Of a stretch of 64,000 nt of DNA, positions 27,469-38,700 are shown in pieces. How positions within the stretch are numbered: the stretch's first letter is position 1; every line of letters begins with the position of its first letter. The DNA lies in the IMG/VR virus record IMGVR_UViG_3300025324_000011, positions 32,985-96,984 of that record. One strand, given 5' to 3'. Position numbers and translations under genes: made by a program. This DNA is from a virus. The notes under the pieces are model-generated. The model had not been told where the DNA came from. It saw nothing but the letters and a program-made list of their open reading frames with translations, and did not search any database.

Positions 27469-27594
27469 TCCAATTCCTTGGATTCAAGACGCTGGATTTT
27501 ATCCAGGGAATTGGATGCCGATATCCTAGATGCGGTAGCGTTGACTGCCTGCACCACCATATGTGGTGTTGGCGCAGTTGGCATGATGGCTGCA
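27469..27594 (+). promoter_or_regulatory. composite promoter copy 3
   Basis: TCCAATTCCTTGGA 27469; TCCAGGGAATTGGA 27502; ATCCTAGATGCGGTAG 27523; CCACCATATGTGGTGT 27554; GG at 27580, N10, GC at 27592. Confidence 0.8.
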
Positions 27595-27648
27595 ATAGAT
27601 AGGGACCGAGACGACAAAACGGAGCCAAAACCAAAGGAGATGGCCGCC

Positions 27649-27888
27649 ATGAAAATCGGGACTCAAATCTACTACACGGGCGACTGTGCCAATGAACCCG
27701 GGGTCTTTTACGTGAGTGAGGTCTTCCCGGCTGGTTACTTCACCCTGAGTGAGCGCGGATGGGATGGGGCGGGTCGTATCATTCGCGGTGTTCGACCGTC
27801 ACAGGTCGGTAGCCAGTACGAGGGGCACTGCGACCCCCGCTTTGTCCTACTGGACGCCGTAGAGGCTTGGCGGGCGCAGCGCGCGTAG
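27649..27888 (+). CDS. small early protein (MKIGTQIYYTGD...)
   Basis: AAGGAG RBS; first ORF after promoter copy 3. Confidence 0.7.
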   Translation: MKIGTQIYYTGDCANEPGVFYVSEVFPAGYFTLSERGWDGAGRIIRGVRPSQVGSQYEGHCDPRFVLLDAVEAWRAQRA

Positions 27889-27970
27889 AGACGCTAGATC
27901 CTCCACGGTAGGGTGTACCGCACCCCGCCGCGGGCGATCCAGCCCAGGGCCGAAACCAAAGGAGACGGCA

Positions 27971-28330
27971 ATGCGCTACAGCATCTACAGCAGCTCGACA
28001 GGACAGCACGTCGGAATCTACGCCGCAACGAGCGAGGATGGAGCGCTGGTCGCTCTGCTCGCGGACAAAGCAGACAACGCACAATACTGCCGCGAATTTC
28101 GGGCCGATCAGTGGCGCATCCGGCCGCTGCTCTCCCGCACTGGCGCCAAGCAGACCGCGCACCGGGAATCTCACATGTATCGTCAAGGTCGCGGGTGGAT
28201 CGTCTCAACCTGGGATGAGTGCGTGCAATGCCATCGCCTCTCGCATGAGCTGCCGTTCTTCGAGGCTCGCCAGCAGCTCGCGGAGTGGCGGCAGCAGAGA
28301 GCGGCCTACCTCTGCGGTGAGGACAACTGA
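27971..28330 (+). CDS. hypothetical early protein
   Basis: AAACCAAAGGAGA leader. Confidence 0.65.
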   Translation: MRYSIYSSSTGQHVGIYAATSEDGALVALLADKADNAQYCREFRADQWRIRPLLSRTGAKQTAHRESHMYRQGRGWIVSTWDECVQCHRLSHELPFFEARQQLAEWRQQRAAYLCGEDN

Positions 28331-28413
28331 TCGTCCAACTAGCCGCGTTGAAAGCAAAAGGATTGGAACTGAAACCATCGGCCCGCGGGCCACAAACCAA
28401 AGAGGAGTATGAC

Positions 28414-28854
28414 ATGAGACTCAAGATCGCCTTTGTCCTGTTCATCGCCGCCCTGCTGCTGGGGTTTGCGGGGAACGCCTTCGCGCAGGCCACAACGCCT
28501 CAGCAGATCCGCGCAGCGCTGCTTAATGACGGCACGGTGAGCCTTGTGTTTCGCGGGCGGATCGTTCGCACTCCAGCGGGCGTCGCGTCCAGTGAAGCCT
28601 TGCCTCCGGCGCTCGGCAAGGTCGGCTATGTCATGGCCGCGTTGCCGCCCGGTGTCCACCCGAACAAACGATCCATCTATGAACTGCTCTGCCTCTATCC
28701 CGACCTGATCGAGTTCGCCGCATCCGAAGGCTGCGAATATCTGAGCGAAGCTGGCCTGCCGGTGGAGGTGACGGTCTACCTCATCGGTTACGCAGAGGGT
28801 GAACACTTTGAGACCCACCTAGTAGCAACGAAAATCAAGCCGCTTCGCCATTGA
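28414..28854 (+). CDS. secreted protein (signal peptide)
   Basis: MRLKIAFVLFIAALLLGFAGNAFA-Q. Confidence 0.7.
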   Translation: MRLKIAFVLFIAALLLGFAGNAFAQATTPQQIRAALLNDGTVSLVFRGRIVRTPAGVASSEALPPALGKVGYVMAALPPGVHPNKRSIYELLCLYPDLIEFAASEGCEYLSEAGLPVEVTVYLIGYAEGEHFETHLVATKIKPLRH

Positions 28855-28925
28855 GGCAACGCAGCCTAGATGGGGGGAATTGTCCCCAATAACTGGAAGG
28901 CCGTATCTTCTGAAGGAGTAGATTT

Positions 28926-29255
28926 ATGTTGCGTAGCGCGATCGTTGCCGCAGTCGTCATCGCTCTTTGCCTTTGCTCTCCAGCGAGCGCCGCAAGCTTC
29001 GGGACGCTCAACGGCGTTGTCATTGGCAAGGAAATCAGTTACGGACCGAGCGGTCTAATCAACCAGATCCTTTTGATTCTCGACACCCAGGATGGCATGT
29101 ATTGGTCCGTCACTTGCCGCCGCGCTGAAGCGAACCTAGGAAGGTGCATCAACGTCGAGCAGCTAGATATCGTCTCCGTCGATGGTGTCTTCAGGGCGGG
29201 ACCCACTGGGCCAGCCTCGCACCTCCTGTCCCCTCTATCGCTGTTCATCCTCTAG
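28926..29255 (+). CDS. secreted protein (signal peptide)
   Basis: AAGGAG RBS; ...SPASA-A. Confidence 0.7.
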   Translation: MLRSAIVAAVVIALCLCSPASAASFGTLNGVVIGKEISYGPSGLINQILLILDTQDGMYWSVTCRRAEANLGRCINVEQLDIVSVDGVFRAGPTGPASHLLSPLSLFIL

Positions 29256-29609
29256 CTTCTCGTCCCCAAGCAACTGCCGCAGCGAGGCAGGCTGCGGCAG
29301 TTGCTCCTGCCGCATTCCGAATAATGGACCGAGAGCAGATACGAATACTTCGCGAAATTCCGCGTTCTCAGTTCTTCCTCTTTGTGATGTTTCAGCCCCA
29401 CGATTCGCCGCCTGAATTACATGTCGTGAAATTCTCACACTTTCCGGAAAGTAGCATCCAGTCAATAGCCTCTCTTCTCCAGTGGCTGGATTCGATTCAA
29501 CGATCCCGCTTTCTGGGCCGATCCAAGCGGGGCACTTTGAATCATTGCCAATCAGAGAATCGAGAATCGCGCGGACTCCGCATGACTGACAGATAACTGG
29601 ATGCTGCAT
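29235..29609 (-). CDS. Cys-containing protein downstream of tail fibre
   Basis: CPAW...NPATGEE...GC pattern; TAATG coupling to the fibre gene. Confidence 0.65.
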   Translation of the reverse strand: MQHPVICQSCGVRAILDSLIGNDSKCPAWIGPESGIVESNPATGEERLLTGCYFPESVRISRHVIQAANRGAETSQRGRTENAEFREVFVSALGPLFGMRQEQLPQPASLRQLLGDEKLEDEQR

Positions 29610-30709
29610 TAGGTCATCTTTCCGACAACTGCGTCGAGATAAGATGGCCGCCACGCGCCAGTTGAGGCGATCGAAGCAGCAGAAAGTCCATGGCTATGGC
29701 CTCCACTGCTACCAGTGGAGTTAGTTTGAAATGTGCTAACGATGCTAGCCGCATCATGAGTTCCGTATTCAAGAGCCTGGATGGCTCCAGAGGTTCCACT
29801 GTTCAGCGCTGAGATTGTATGAGTATGGGCCGGGATATCAGTCGTGGTAAGCGTATACGAATCAGTGCTCCCGCTAACACTCAGGCCCGAGACTGTCCAG
29901 CTCCCGCCAGTGCCGCCACCGGTTGTATTAACGATTCTCAAAACTTTATCATGGGCAGCTGTGTCCAATGTGAACATTGCGGGGACTGCGGATTGCGGGA
30001 AGATAAGCTTGTCTCCGGAACCGCCGGCCGCCAGCGCCACATACTTCAGCCCCGCCGCAGTTTCAAGCGCAGAAGTCGCCTGATTCCAGCGGAACCGCGG
30101 TTGATTCTGTGTGTAGAAATCCATTCGATGCGGAGTCGTCGCATGCGAACCGCAGTAGTAAACGATCCGCCCGCCGGCTGATTCTCCGGTGGTTGGATCA
30201 GAAAGCATTATTTGCACGTTCGCATTGGCCGCCCCGATCAGGGAGAGCCAACACTCGGTAGCCGAGTTGCTATTCTGCGCCAATAACGCCGTGTAGGCGC
30301 TCGGAGTGATGAGCGCGCCAGAGAGGTGCGCGGTCTGGCGGGCAGTGAAAACGTTTGCCGCTGCAAGCAGGGCTAAAGCTTCAATCGGTGTGAAAACGAT
30401 GATATCCCGCGTCCCGGCCCCCCAAGAAACGGCGCCGCCGGCATTCGAGGACTGATAGATCTCTACGCGAGTAATCGTCAGCGTCGCAGTATCAAGAATT
30501 CCGCGTCCTACCTCCAGGAGGTTTGCCGAACCTGCGGCGGTCCTGTCCTCCGCTGCGTAGAAGATCGTATCGCCGCTAGCAATCGATCCATCGGATACTG
30601 CGTCGGAGATCGTGCGGTATCCAGTCGTCGGGGTCTCGACATACGTATATGTCGAAGTACCGGTCGTGCTGGACGTGACCTTCGTCAAGGCTGGTGCTCG
30701 GAATGCCAT
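29609..30709 (-). CDS. tail fibre protein
   Basis: EVGRG...TLTITR N-terminus; TLTTTDIPAHTH and GGHSHG collar motifs. Confidence 0.85.
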   Translation of the reverse strand: MAFRAPALTKVTSSTTGTSTYTYVETPTTGYRTISDAVSDGSIASGDTIFYAAEDRTAAGSANLLEVGRGILDTATLTITRVEIYQSSNAGGAVSWGAGTRDIIVFTPIEALALLAAANVFTARQTAHLSGALITPSAYTALLAQNSNSATECWLSLIGAANANVQIMLSDPTTGESAGGRIVYYCGSHATTPHRMDFYTQNQPRFRWNQATSALETAAGLKYVALAAGGSGDKLIFPQSAVPAMFTLDTAAHDKVLRIVNTTGGGTGGSWTVSGLSVSGSTDSYTLTTTDIPAHTHTISALNSGTSGAIQALEYGTHDAASIVSTFQTNSTGSSGGHSHGLSAASIASTGAWRPSYLDAVVGKMT

Positions 30710-30720
30710 CTATTCCTCCG

Positions 30721-31527
30721 CTAAGATGCCGTCACCTTCAAGTCCACTTCCCAATGGTTGTAGAACGGGTTCATGAACGGCGCGGATTCCTTGATCCGGC
30801 CGCAGAACAGGTAGTCTAGGGGATAGACGGTTTCTTCGGGCTTGAAGTCTATTACCACGTCTTTCGAGGAACCACGCGCCCGACAGAACGGCTTGACGCT
30901 GCCCAAGGCTTCCGTATCGCTCAACCCCCATATCTTGATTGTACCACTCACCTCCAACCTTCGTGGCCGCGGGCTTGCCTCTCCGCCCATGTCCACGGTC
31001 TCCACGACAGGTTCCTGCGAAAGCAATTGCAATGGAAATACCGGGACTCCGCTGGTAGTCCCAGCCAACAGAACGATGCCCGTGCCCACCGCGAGTCTGC
31101 CAGCCTCGAAATATGAATCGCCACTCGCCGAATGATCGATGTCAATCTGAAACCATGTAGCGGTTTTCCCGGTTTCGTCGTACCAGCGAGCATGCTTGTC
31201 CGTCCACGTTCCAACGCTCGCCGCACCAGAGGGCCAGAATGGAATCACGGTGGAATCGTAGGACGCTGAACCATTCGTCAGATTTGCTTCGGTGGTAGCG
31301 AACCTCACGCGCCACGTGCTGCCGCTCTTTGCGTTCGCATACCCGAGGAAGACGTAGCGAATCGTCGTAGCGGCACCCAGGTTCCCCTTGATATATCCAG
31401 TCAACGCCGATGGCCGCCATTTGAGGGATGGCCGCTGCGATTGCAAACGAGACACCTCGAATCCCGCAACCTCAGTAGAGGCTACCAGGGTTATGGCATC
31501 GCTCAGCTCTGGAGATACGAGGATCAA
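30721..31527 (-). CDS. minor tail (distal tail-like) protein
   Basis: Position in tail module; YFEAGRLAVG motif. Confidence 0.7.
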   Translation of the reverse strand: MILVSPELSDAITLVASTEVAGFEVSRLQSQRPSLKWRPSALTGYIKGNLGAATTIRYVFLGYANAKSGSTWRVRFATTEANLTNGSASYDSTVIPFWPSGAASVGTWTDKHARWYDETGKTATWFQIDIDHSASGDSYFEAGRLAVGTGIVLLAGTTSGVPVFPLQLLSQEPVVETVDMGGEASPRPRRLEVSGTIKIWGLSDTEALGSVKPFCRARGSSKDVVIDFKPEETVYPLDYLFCGRIKESAPFMNPFYNHWEVDLKVTAS

Positions 31528-31575
31528 GAGGAGTTCCCCTGCGACTCGATGAAGGCGACCAGAGAGACCCTCATT

Positions 31576-33387
31576 CTAGCAGTCCAGGATCGGCTCATAG
31601 AGGACGTGGTGAACCTTGATATCGCCGAGCGTCGCAACTGCGTTCTGTCCGGTGATCTTGAGCGTAAAACTGGAGGCCCAGGAATCCGTGAGGCCCGCAT
31701 TCCCTCCGGTCCCCTGAAAGACGCCGCCGACCATCGCTGTTCTTATCCGCTTTCCAGCGGAGGCTCCCGTTCGAACGATCAGAACTTCCAATTTCCACTG
31801 CACGCCGTTTGGGGCCGTCGTGGCGTCGTTGACGGTAAAACTGTCCGTGCCAGCGTAAAACCGCAGGGTCTTGATGTTGGTGTTGGCTGCGAATCCGCCC
31901 CACGCTGTGACTCGAATGGCCTGATTGTCGCGAGACAGCGCGTCGGCCGGAACGACTTCCGTCCACAGATCGGTTTCCACGGTGTCGGCTGCGGTCTGCG
32001 TCGTGGAACCGTCCGAACGGGTGGTAGTGGAAACGGAGCCGCGATTTCCAGAGGACGCCTGCGGAGTCGCGCCGTAGGTCCAGCCCGAAGGCCAGACATT
32101 GTTGCGGGCGGTTATCTTGACGGAGTTGGCGGTGGTGCGCAGCCCGACACCGTTGGCTGAGATCACATAGGAATCCTTGTTGCCGATGATGGTCGGCCCC
32201 ACCTGTCCGCTGCCGACATCTACCACGATATTGTGGTTGTCGCTGGCGGTGGCGCCGCCGCCGTTCTCCGAGAAGTCGTTGTTCTCGATCAGCGCCTCGT
32301 TGGCGTTGGGGGTGGTGATGTAGATGCCCGTCGCCTTGTTGGCCCGGATGCGACTGTTCTGAATCTTCAGATGGTCGCAATCCTCCGCCTCGATCGACAT
32401 GCCGCGACAGGTGGCAGCACCGCCCGTTAAGAACCCTCCGGCGCTGATCCAACAATCGTTGAACGTCACCCATTGGACTGGCGTTGTTCCCGTCATTCTG
32501 ATGACGTGGCCATTGCGGGTAACATCAAACACGGAGCCACGGAACTGGTGAGCGTGCAGCCCATAGCCGCCGGCCACCATCGTGAGGACGTTTTCTAGGA
32601 CACCGAGCCCCGTGCAGTTGTTCATGTACACGGCGTCGCAATCCTCGATGTGCCAAGCGTAGCTCAGCAGCGTAGCCCCAGCACCAGAACTGGTGTAAGC
32701 GTTCTGGCCCATGATCGCGACGTTAGTAAAGTGGAGATCGGCGCCCTGGTTTATTGAGGTCGCCGCAGTCTGGCCGGCCTTGATTCCGATCCCTCCGGCT
32801 CCGCCCACGAAGTCGTGTAAGAAGCAATTGGTGACCCAGACGTTGATGTAGCCAGGGAACCAGAAGCAGCTCTCCTGCTTCTCCACCGCGATATTCGCGA
32901 AGCGGGAGTTGTAGAGCACTCGGCCGCCATCGTTGTAAGCAGCGGTGCCGCGGAAGACCCAGCCGGATGTCCGTGCTACGGAACTGGTCACCTTGAAGTT
33001 GCGCAGCGTGATGTCCTTGGTGCCGCCCGAGAACGTCGAGTACAGGAACAGGTCGTTGGTGGCGTGGGCAATGTCAATGACGGTCCCCTCGCCTTCGCCC
33101 GAAATCGTGAGACCATGCATGCCTCCGATATCGTAGAGCCCGTCCGTCTCCCAAGTTCCTCGCGGGATATAGACGCATCCACGAGGCGTGGCGGCGGCGG
33201 CGTCAGCGATGGCCGAGGCGATAGGGTCGGCTCCGGTATATGAGCCAACATCAAAAACCCGCTGCCGCGAGATGAGGTTTGGTGTCAGCGTCTTCGAGGC
33301 GCCGCCCACAGAGCACGGAATGCGCTCGTCTCCAGTTAGGCTGCTCAATAGTAGTGACGGATTAGATGGCAGTTGATTAGTCGGCAT
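31576..33387 (-). CDS. tailspike with right-handed beta-helix (pectate-lyase-like depolymerase)
   Basis: VFDVGSYTGA...AIADA...VYIPRGTW...LTISGEG and repeated I/V-x-N/D-x-x-F/I coils. Confidence 0.85.
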   Translation of the reverse strand: MPTNQLPSNPSLLLSSLTGDERIPCSVGGASKTLTPNLISRQRVFDVGSYTGADPIASAIADAAAATPRGCVYIPRGTWETDGLYDIGGMHGLTISGEGEGTVIDIAHATNDLFLYSTFSGGTKDITLRNFKVTSSVARTSGWVFRGTAAYNDGGRVLYNSRFANIAVEKQESCFWFPGYINVWVTNCFLHDFVGGAGGIGIKAGQTAATSINQGADLHFTNVAIMGQNAYTSSGAGATLLSYAWHIEDCDAVYMNNCTGLGVLENVLTMVAGGYGLHAHQFRGSVFDVTRNGHVIRMTGTTPVQWVTFNDCWISAGGFLTGGAATCRGMSIEAEDCDHLKIQNSRIRANKATGIYITTPNANEALIENNDFSENGGGATASDNHNIVVDVGSGQVGPTIIGNKDSYVISANGVGLRTTANSVKITARNNVWPSGWTYGATPQASSGNRGSVSTTTRSDGSTTQTAADTVETDLWTEVVPADALSRDNQAIRVTAWGGFAANTNIKTLRFYAGTDSFTVNDATTAPNGVQWKLEVLIVRTGASAGKRIRTAMVGGVFQGTGGNAGLTDSWASSFTLKITGQNAVATLGDIKVHHVLYEPILDC

Positions 33388-33391
33388 CGTT

Positions 33392-35749
33392 TCACTCCGT
33401 GAGCCAGAACCCACCCTCTTCGGTCAGCCAGAATCCACCTTCCTCAGTCATCCAGACTGATAGTTTTGCCATTAGCAGCGTTAAGACTACGTCGTCAACC
33501 GTTGAATGGTCTCCGAAATTCTCGACAAAGCCAACGATCGCCCCATTTTTGCCACCAGCTAGATCATAGCAACCTGCCGCCAAAATGCCAATGCTACCGA
33601 TGAAATGGGAGAGAACGCCGATCTTTGGACTCACGAAATAGAGATCTCGTTCGATCTCCCATAGCGCGAGCAGGGAATCGGCCAAAATCTTCGCGTCGGC
33701 ATAAGTATCAAGCTCCGTTAGAAGCGTGAGAACATCGCCGTCCGCAGGAGCGACAAGCGAAGAGACGTTGACGTATCTGTACTCTTGGCCGAAATCATAT
33801 CTATTAGTCAGCGAGACTGCTCCGGCTACCTCGGAATCATCCATTTGCCGGTTATACCGACGGTAGCCGATGATAACCTCCTTGACCGGAAGATTCGCTG
33901 GTTCGCGACGAAATACACCTCCCGCCGTAGGCTCGCGCAGGCCATCGCTTAAATCGAATGTTGCGGTCTGAGTCCATGGATCGGAGATTATTCCGACCAC
34001 GAACTGACCGACGCGGTTCAGCGCCCCCCATGCGGCAATCGAGATGAGCATCGCGTTGATCGATGCTCCGATCGTAATGCTGTCAGTGCCAGAGTAATAG
34101 CCACAGACCGCAGAATTGATTGTGTTCAAGGCGGCGAACGATGTTACGTCAAAGTCAGATGGATCGGAGAGGACGAGCCCCGCCATTTTGCGAGAGATGT
34201 TTGCAGCGCTCGTTACATAGCCCAGCGATCCGCCGTTGTCTCCTTGTGGATCGCAAGTGACAGTCCCAACCGGAGAGGAGCCGAGGCGGATCAGGCCCTT
34301 CGCTAAACACGTATTGTAGGTCCCTGCGGCTGGCGCTGCGCTATAGATATCCGATAGATCTGAGCCGAATGTAATTGGATCTCCGGAGTCACGGACTGCT
34401 GTCACTCCCTGAATAGAGCCATCGTTGATCTGGTAGACAAGCCTCTGCGGATCTACGAGCACGGGCTCAATCTGCCGCTTGACCCCATAACAGCGAGGTT
34501 TCGGCTTGCTTGCAATGGAGGTGTCGCCTTCGAGCGACCCTACCCAGGTTGCATTGGTAATCGTGCCGTCGCGATTGTTGGCAGTTTCATCGTTGGCCGT
34601 TGAACCGCTTCCCTCATTGTATTTCGTATAGATCGCCAGGTTCGATTCCGTCCCAAGCAGTTCCTTATGCATGTCCGCTTTGATATCATTCTGGATACGC
34701 GCATGCGTCCAGAACCTGAAGTCATCCTGATCTCCGGCCATGCCCGAAGAGCCGTCGCCGAAACTACCTACACGAATTGCCGCCGTATTATCAATGCTCG
34801 CAACGGTAGAGCATGAAACGTTACTGCCGAATTGAACGCCGTTGATGTAGAGACTGATCTGTTGCGCGGAACGATCTACGACAAAGGAAAATCGACGTAA
34901 TGATCCATCTAGGTATGTTGATCCCGCACCGGAAATAATAGCTGCGTGCGTAGCACCAGCATCCTGTATTTGGGCGAATAGATTATCTGATCCATTGAAG
35001 TAAAGAAACCATCCAGCGGCTCCAGTATTCCCCTTGGATGCAAGAACCTTCGCCGCTCCCGTAGCGGTTGAGCGGCTCAGTATCTCAATGGTGAAACTGC
35101 CGGCTGAGCCTTGATCAAGGATATCTCCGTAATCGACATAATCGCCGGTCCCGTCGAATCTCAGGCAGGCCCCGAATCCCCAGAACTTCCTTTCGTTTAG
35201 CTCCCGCTGGAGAAGAAGTCCTCGATCTCTTTGGAGGACTACAATCTGATCCAGGTCCCATTGCAAACCAGCGGAAGTTGCATGCGCAATTCGCGTGAAT
35301 TTGGTCAGCGATGTACCCGGCTCACCCGGTCCCAGGTAGGTATCAACCTGTTCGCCGAGCCATGAACGCTGAGCAATTTCATCGTACAATCGATCGCCGT
35401 TGCTGATCGCGATAGCTCCGCCAGATGCTCCATCAACGACCATGCCCATGTAATATGGCGTCGGTAGATTGAGCGACGAATTGTAGGGAGAGATCAGCCC
35501 TGGAAGGAACTGCGTCTGCTCTGCATCGCTGGGTAGCGTCCTGTATCCGCGATCGGTTACCGAGCCAGTTGTAATATCAACGGCGACCGTCGCCCCCGCA
35601 TCATTGACCGGTGTAGCACGGAGTAGGAATCTCCTATCAAGCAGCGGATCGCTCAGTAATCCCGGGAGAGGATCAGCTACAGAAAGGCTATCCGCGATCT
35701 CAAAATCGCCCTCAGTATAGCCGCCGGAAAGTAGTCCAGATAGGGACAT
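33392..35749 (-). CDS. tail hub/tip protein with inserted LamG (ConA-like) domain
   Basis: CLRFDGTGDYV...LYINGV...DDFRFW...YNEGSG...NRDGTI LamG signature; KPKPRCYG; C-terminal W(M/L)TEEGGF repeats. Confidence 0.8.
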   Translation of the reverse strand: MSLSGLLSGGYTEGDFEIADSLSVADPLPGLLSDPLLDRRFLLRATPVNDAGATVAVDITTGSVTDRGYRTLPSDAEQTQFLPGLISPYNSSLNLPTPYYMGMVVDGASGGAIAISNGDRLYDEIAQRSWLGEQVDTYLGPGEPGTSLTKFTRIAHATSAGLQWDLDQIVVLQRDRGLLLQRELNERKFWGFGACLRFDGTGDYVDYGDILDQGSAGSFTIEILSRSTATGAAKVLASKGNTGAAGWFLYFNGSDNLFAQIQDAGATHAAIISGAGSTYLDGSLRRFSFVVDRSAQQISLYINGVQFGSNVSCSTVASIDNTAAIRVGSFGDGSSGMAGDQDDFRFWTHARIQNDIKADMHKELLGTESNLAIYTKYNEGSGSTANDETANNRDGTITNATWVGSLEGDTSIASKPKPRCYGVKRQIEPVLVDPQRLVYQINDGSIQGVTAVRDSGDPITFGSDLSDIYSAAPAAGTYNTCLAKGLIRLGSSPVGTVTCDPQGDNGGSLGYVTSAANISRKMAGLVLSDPSDFDVTSFAALNTINSAVCGYYSGTDSITIGASINAMLISIAAWGALNRVGQFVVGIISDPWTQTATFDLSDGLREPTAGGVFRREPANLPVKEVIIGYRRYNRQMDDSEVAGAVSLTNRYDFGQEYRYVNVSSLVAPADGDVLTLLTELDTYADAKILADSLLALWEIERDLYFVSPKIGVLSHFIGSIGILAAGCYDLAGGKNGAIVGFVENFGDHSTVDDVVLTLLMAKLSVWMTEEGGFWLTEEGGFWLTE

Positions 35750-35755
35750 CGTTGA

Positions 35756-38700
35756 TCAAGCCGAAATTACGGTGCCAACGTTCTTACCGCCGGATCGCTG
35801 AGTTTCTATCCGCATAAGCCTACCGTTAGTCATCCGCTGTTCCGTAACGAGAGCCTCAAGCTGTTCAGACATCCTGTCCTGCGTGCGCGCTTGGCGGTCG
35901 GCGTAACTCACGAGATTACCGAAGCCATTATTCAATGTCCCAACCGTCTCGTTGTGACGCTGCTGTTGCGCGAACTTATCGGACACCACAAGGTTGCCTT
36001 GACGGATCGTATCTACGTTCAGGAGTCCGCGCAACGCTTCTTGAATGCGCGGCAACTCAACCGCGAATAACGCAGGTGAATACTTTTTGAGCGATTCGAT
36101 CAAGTCGCGTGCTGCTGGCGCAGCCTGTTGGAACGCCTCAAGGCTTCCTCCGCGCGCCCTGGCAATCAAATCACCAAATTGACCCTGCGCCGCGGCGATC
36201 GCTTGATCAGGCGCCACTCCTCCGACCTCTCCGCGCGCTATGCCCTCAAGGAATGACCGGATATCATCCTTTGCCTTTATGAACTCTTCGCGCAGTCTTT
36301 CGAGATCGGAGACCGTTGAATCTACGGCCTGACTGAATCCAGCCGCCGATTGAGGCGGATTAGCAATCGCATCGAGATCCGGCTTATTCCCCCTGATCCA
36401 ATCGATCGCTCCTCCGATAAATGCGATTTGCTCCTCAGTGAATATGCCCATCTTCTTGAGCATCTCAAACTGAAGTTGCATATTGGCAAACTCAAGCTCG
36501 AAGCGCACCTGTTCCAGCTTGAGACGGAAATCCTCGAAACCCGCAGCGCCCTTGTAATACTTGTCAAGGAAGCCCATGAGGCTATCGCCGAGGCTCAGGA
36601 ACTGCTCATCTCCAATCGCGCGCAAAGCATCGGCATTCTCAACCGCCCGAAGGCGTAGATAATTGATCGTCTTGCCGAGGTTCTCAAGCTCAAGCTGAGT
36701 TTGCGCGAGCCGCGAGCCGGCCGAGGCTGCGGCCTCAAGCTGAAGCAGGCGAATCCTTTCGCGCTCCGCCTGATTCACTTGCCAGAGTGGGATTCCCAGG
36801 TCCTTCGCAATCTTTCGCAGGTCGGCATACTGTTTGACGATATCCGATTCCTGCTGAGCGAAAGGCGAACGCTTTGCGGACATCGGATCGCCGAGGTACG
36901 GCGTAATGAGATCACGCTTGACCTGCTGAGCGAGGAGCGCTATTTCCCGCGCCCGCAACTCATTCAGTTGCTTTATGAGATCAGCATTCCCCTTGACCTT
37001 CTTTAGCTGTCCATCATAGGTCTCGTTCAAATCGGCGAGCTGTTGTTGTAGATCAGGCAGGAGGGCACGCCGACGATCGGCGATGAAATCCTTGACCTCG
37101 CCTTTCGCGCCGCGTCCTCCACCGCCGCGCGGAATCGTTATTTCACCGAGATCGATCGGCTTGATGGCCGCTAGGGCATCAAGGACCTTTTGAATTGCTT
37201 CGATCTGGAGATCAAGCGCGGCCAACGAGGCGATAATAGTCGCTCCCATGTTCTGGGCAAATTGATTGAATATCTCGCTCTCGCCCTGCAAAATAGTGCC
37301 CTTGACCTTCAGTTGTATCAGTCGCCCCTCGTTCTCTGCTCGCCATAGATCAATCTCGGAACGCGTCATGTCCCGCTGTGCGATAAGATTTGCTTTCTCG
37401 GCAGTGAGTCGCGCTGTCATCAATTGCAATTCAGCGTTGAACAGGGTGGCGCGCTGTTTTTGGCGCTCAAGCTCTTCCTGCGGAGAAAGCTGCTTCCCTG
37501 TGATCGCATCCCTCTGAGAGATGAGCGAGTTGAGAAAACTGCCGATGATATTGCTGATCGCTTGATCCAATTCCGGGCTCTTTCCGAGCATGGAGATCGC
37601 ATCGGCGATCCGGAGGTTGAGCTGCTGGAAAGCGCTGCGCAAATCGATCTGTACTTGATCTAATCCGAGCAAGGCTAGCTCTTGCGCTTTGGCGATTTCA
37701 TTCTGAAAATCATCCATCGTTTCGGCGGTTGATTGTTGAATCGCGCGAAGAACGATCGGATCAAGGCCGATAGTGGGCGTTGCCTTGATCGCCTGAATAG
37801 TGGCGAATTCAAATGCCGCCTCCATGTCGCGGCCGAAATTCTTTATCATGCCGTCTGCGTATCTGACGATCCATTGCGTTCGTTTTCCCTGCCCCTCACG
37901 GCTGATTTGTAGGCTAGCCGTCTTTTCGCTGAATCGATCAATCTGAGCGCCGAGTCCCTCCAGGAAGGCAACGACGCTATCAATGATTCCCTGCGTTGCC
38001 TTGAGCTGAGCCGTGAACCTACCGGGACCACCCTGGCGATTGAATCGCGAGAGATCGTAATCCATGTCGATCCCGCCGACTCCTCCGAAAGAAATACCAG
38101 TGTCAACCTCAGCGCGGCCAGATGTTTTTTGCTGGTTAAGCAGGACGGCGACAGCGGCGGCGAATACTCCCATCCAAGCAAGCCCAGCACCAGTAGCGCC
38201 GTAGGCCCCTGTGCCGCCGAATAAGCCGCTCATTCCACCACCGCTCACTGTTCCGCTCAGGGAGCCGCTTCCAGCGCCACCCGCTAAGGCTCCGAATGCC
38301 CCACCTCCGCCTCCACTCGCTGCCGAGACGGCACCGGTCTGCGCGCTTGCCACCTGAGCCGCCCGCTGCGTTGCAATCCAGCGTATGAGCCACTCGGCCA
38401 TAGCGCGAAACCACTTCGCGAGCCATTCCTGAAGAATGTCAGATAGTGTATCGGCGAAGACCGACTTGATTGATTCTCCAAACTTTTCGAAATCGATCTC
38501 CCCGGTCATGATAATTTCGTGGAAGGCATCGGCGAATACACTCGCGAACCCATCGGCCATCTCGGCAAATCGCGGATGCATCTCCAGGATACGATTCTGG
38601 AAAAGTACAGCTGCTTCCGCGGCGGTCAAGAATCCGCGCGCCAGTAACTCGTTTATCCTTTCGGTCTCTGCCTTGATCCTTGCATAATCAGGAATCCCTA

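Noticed and set aside
27454-27648. N-terminal extensions of ORFs 27454-27888 and 21248-21562 (similar TTIC..GAVG peptides)
   Set aside because: The peptide similarity is just the translated promoter motif; the RBS-supported starts are 27649 and 21380.
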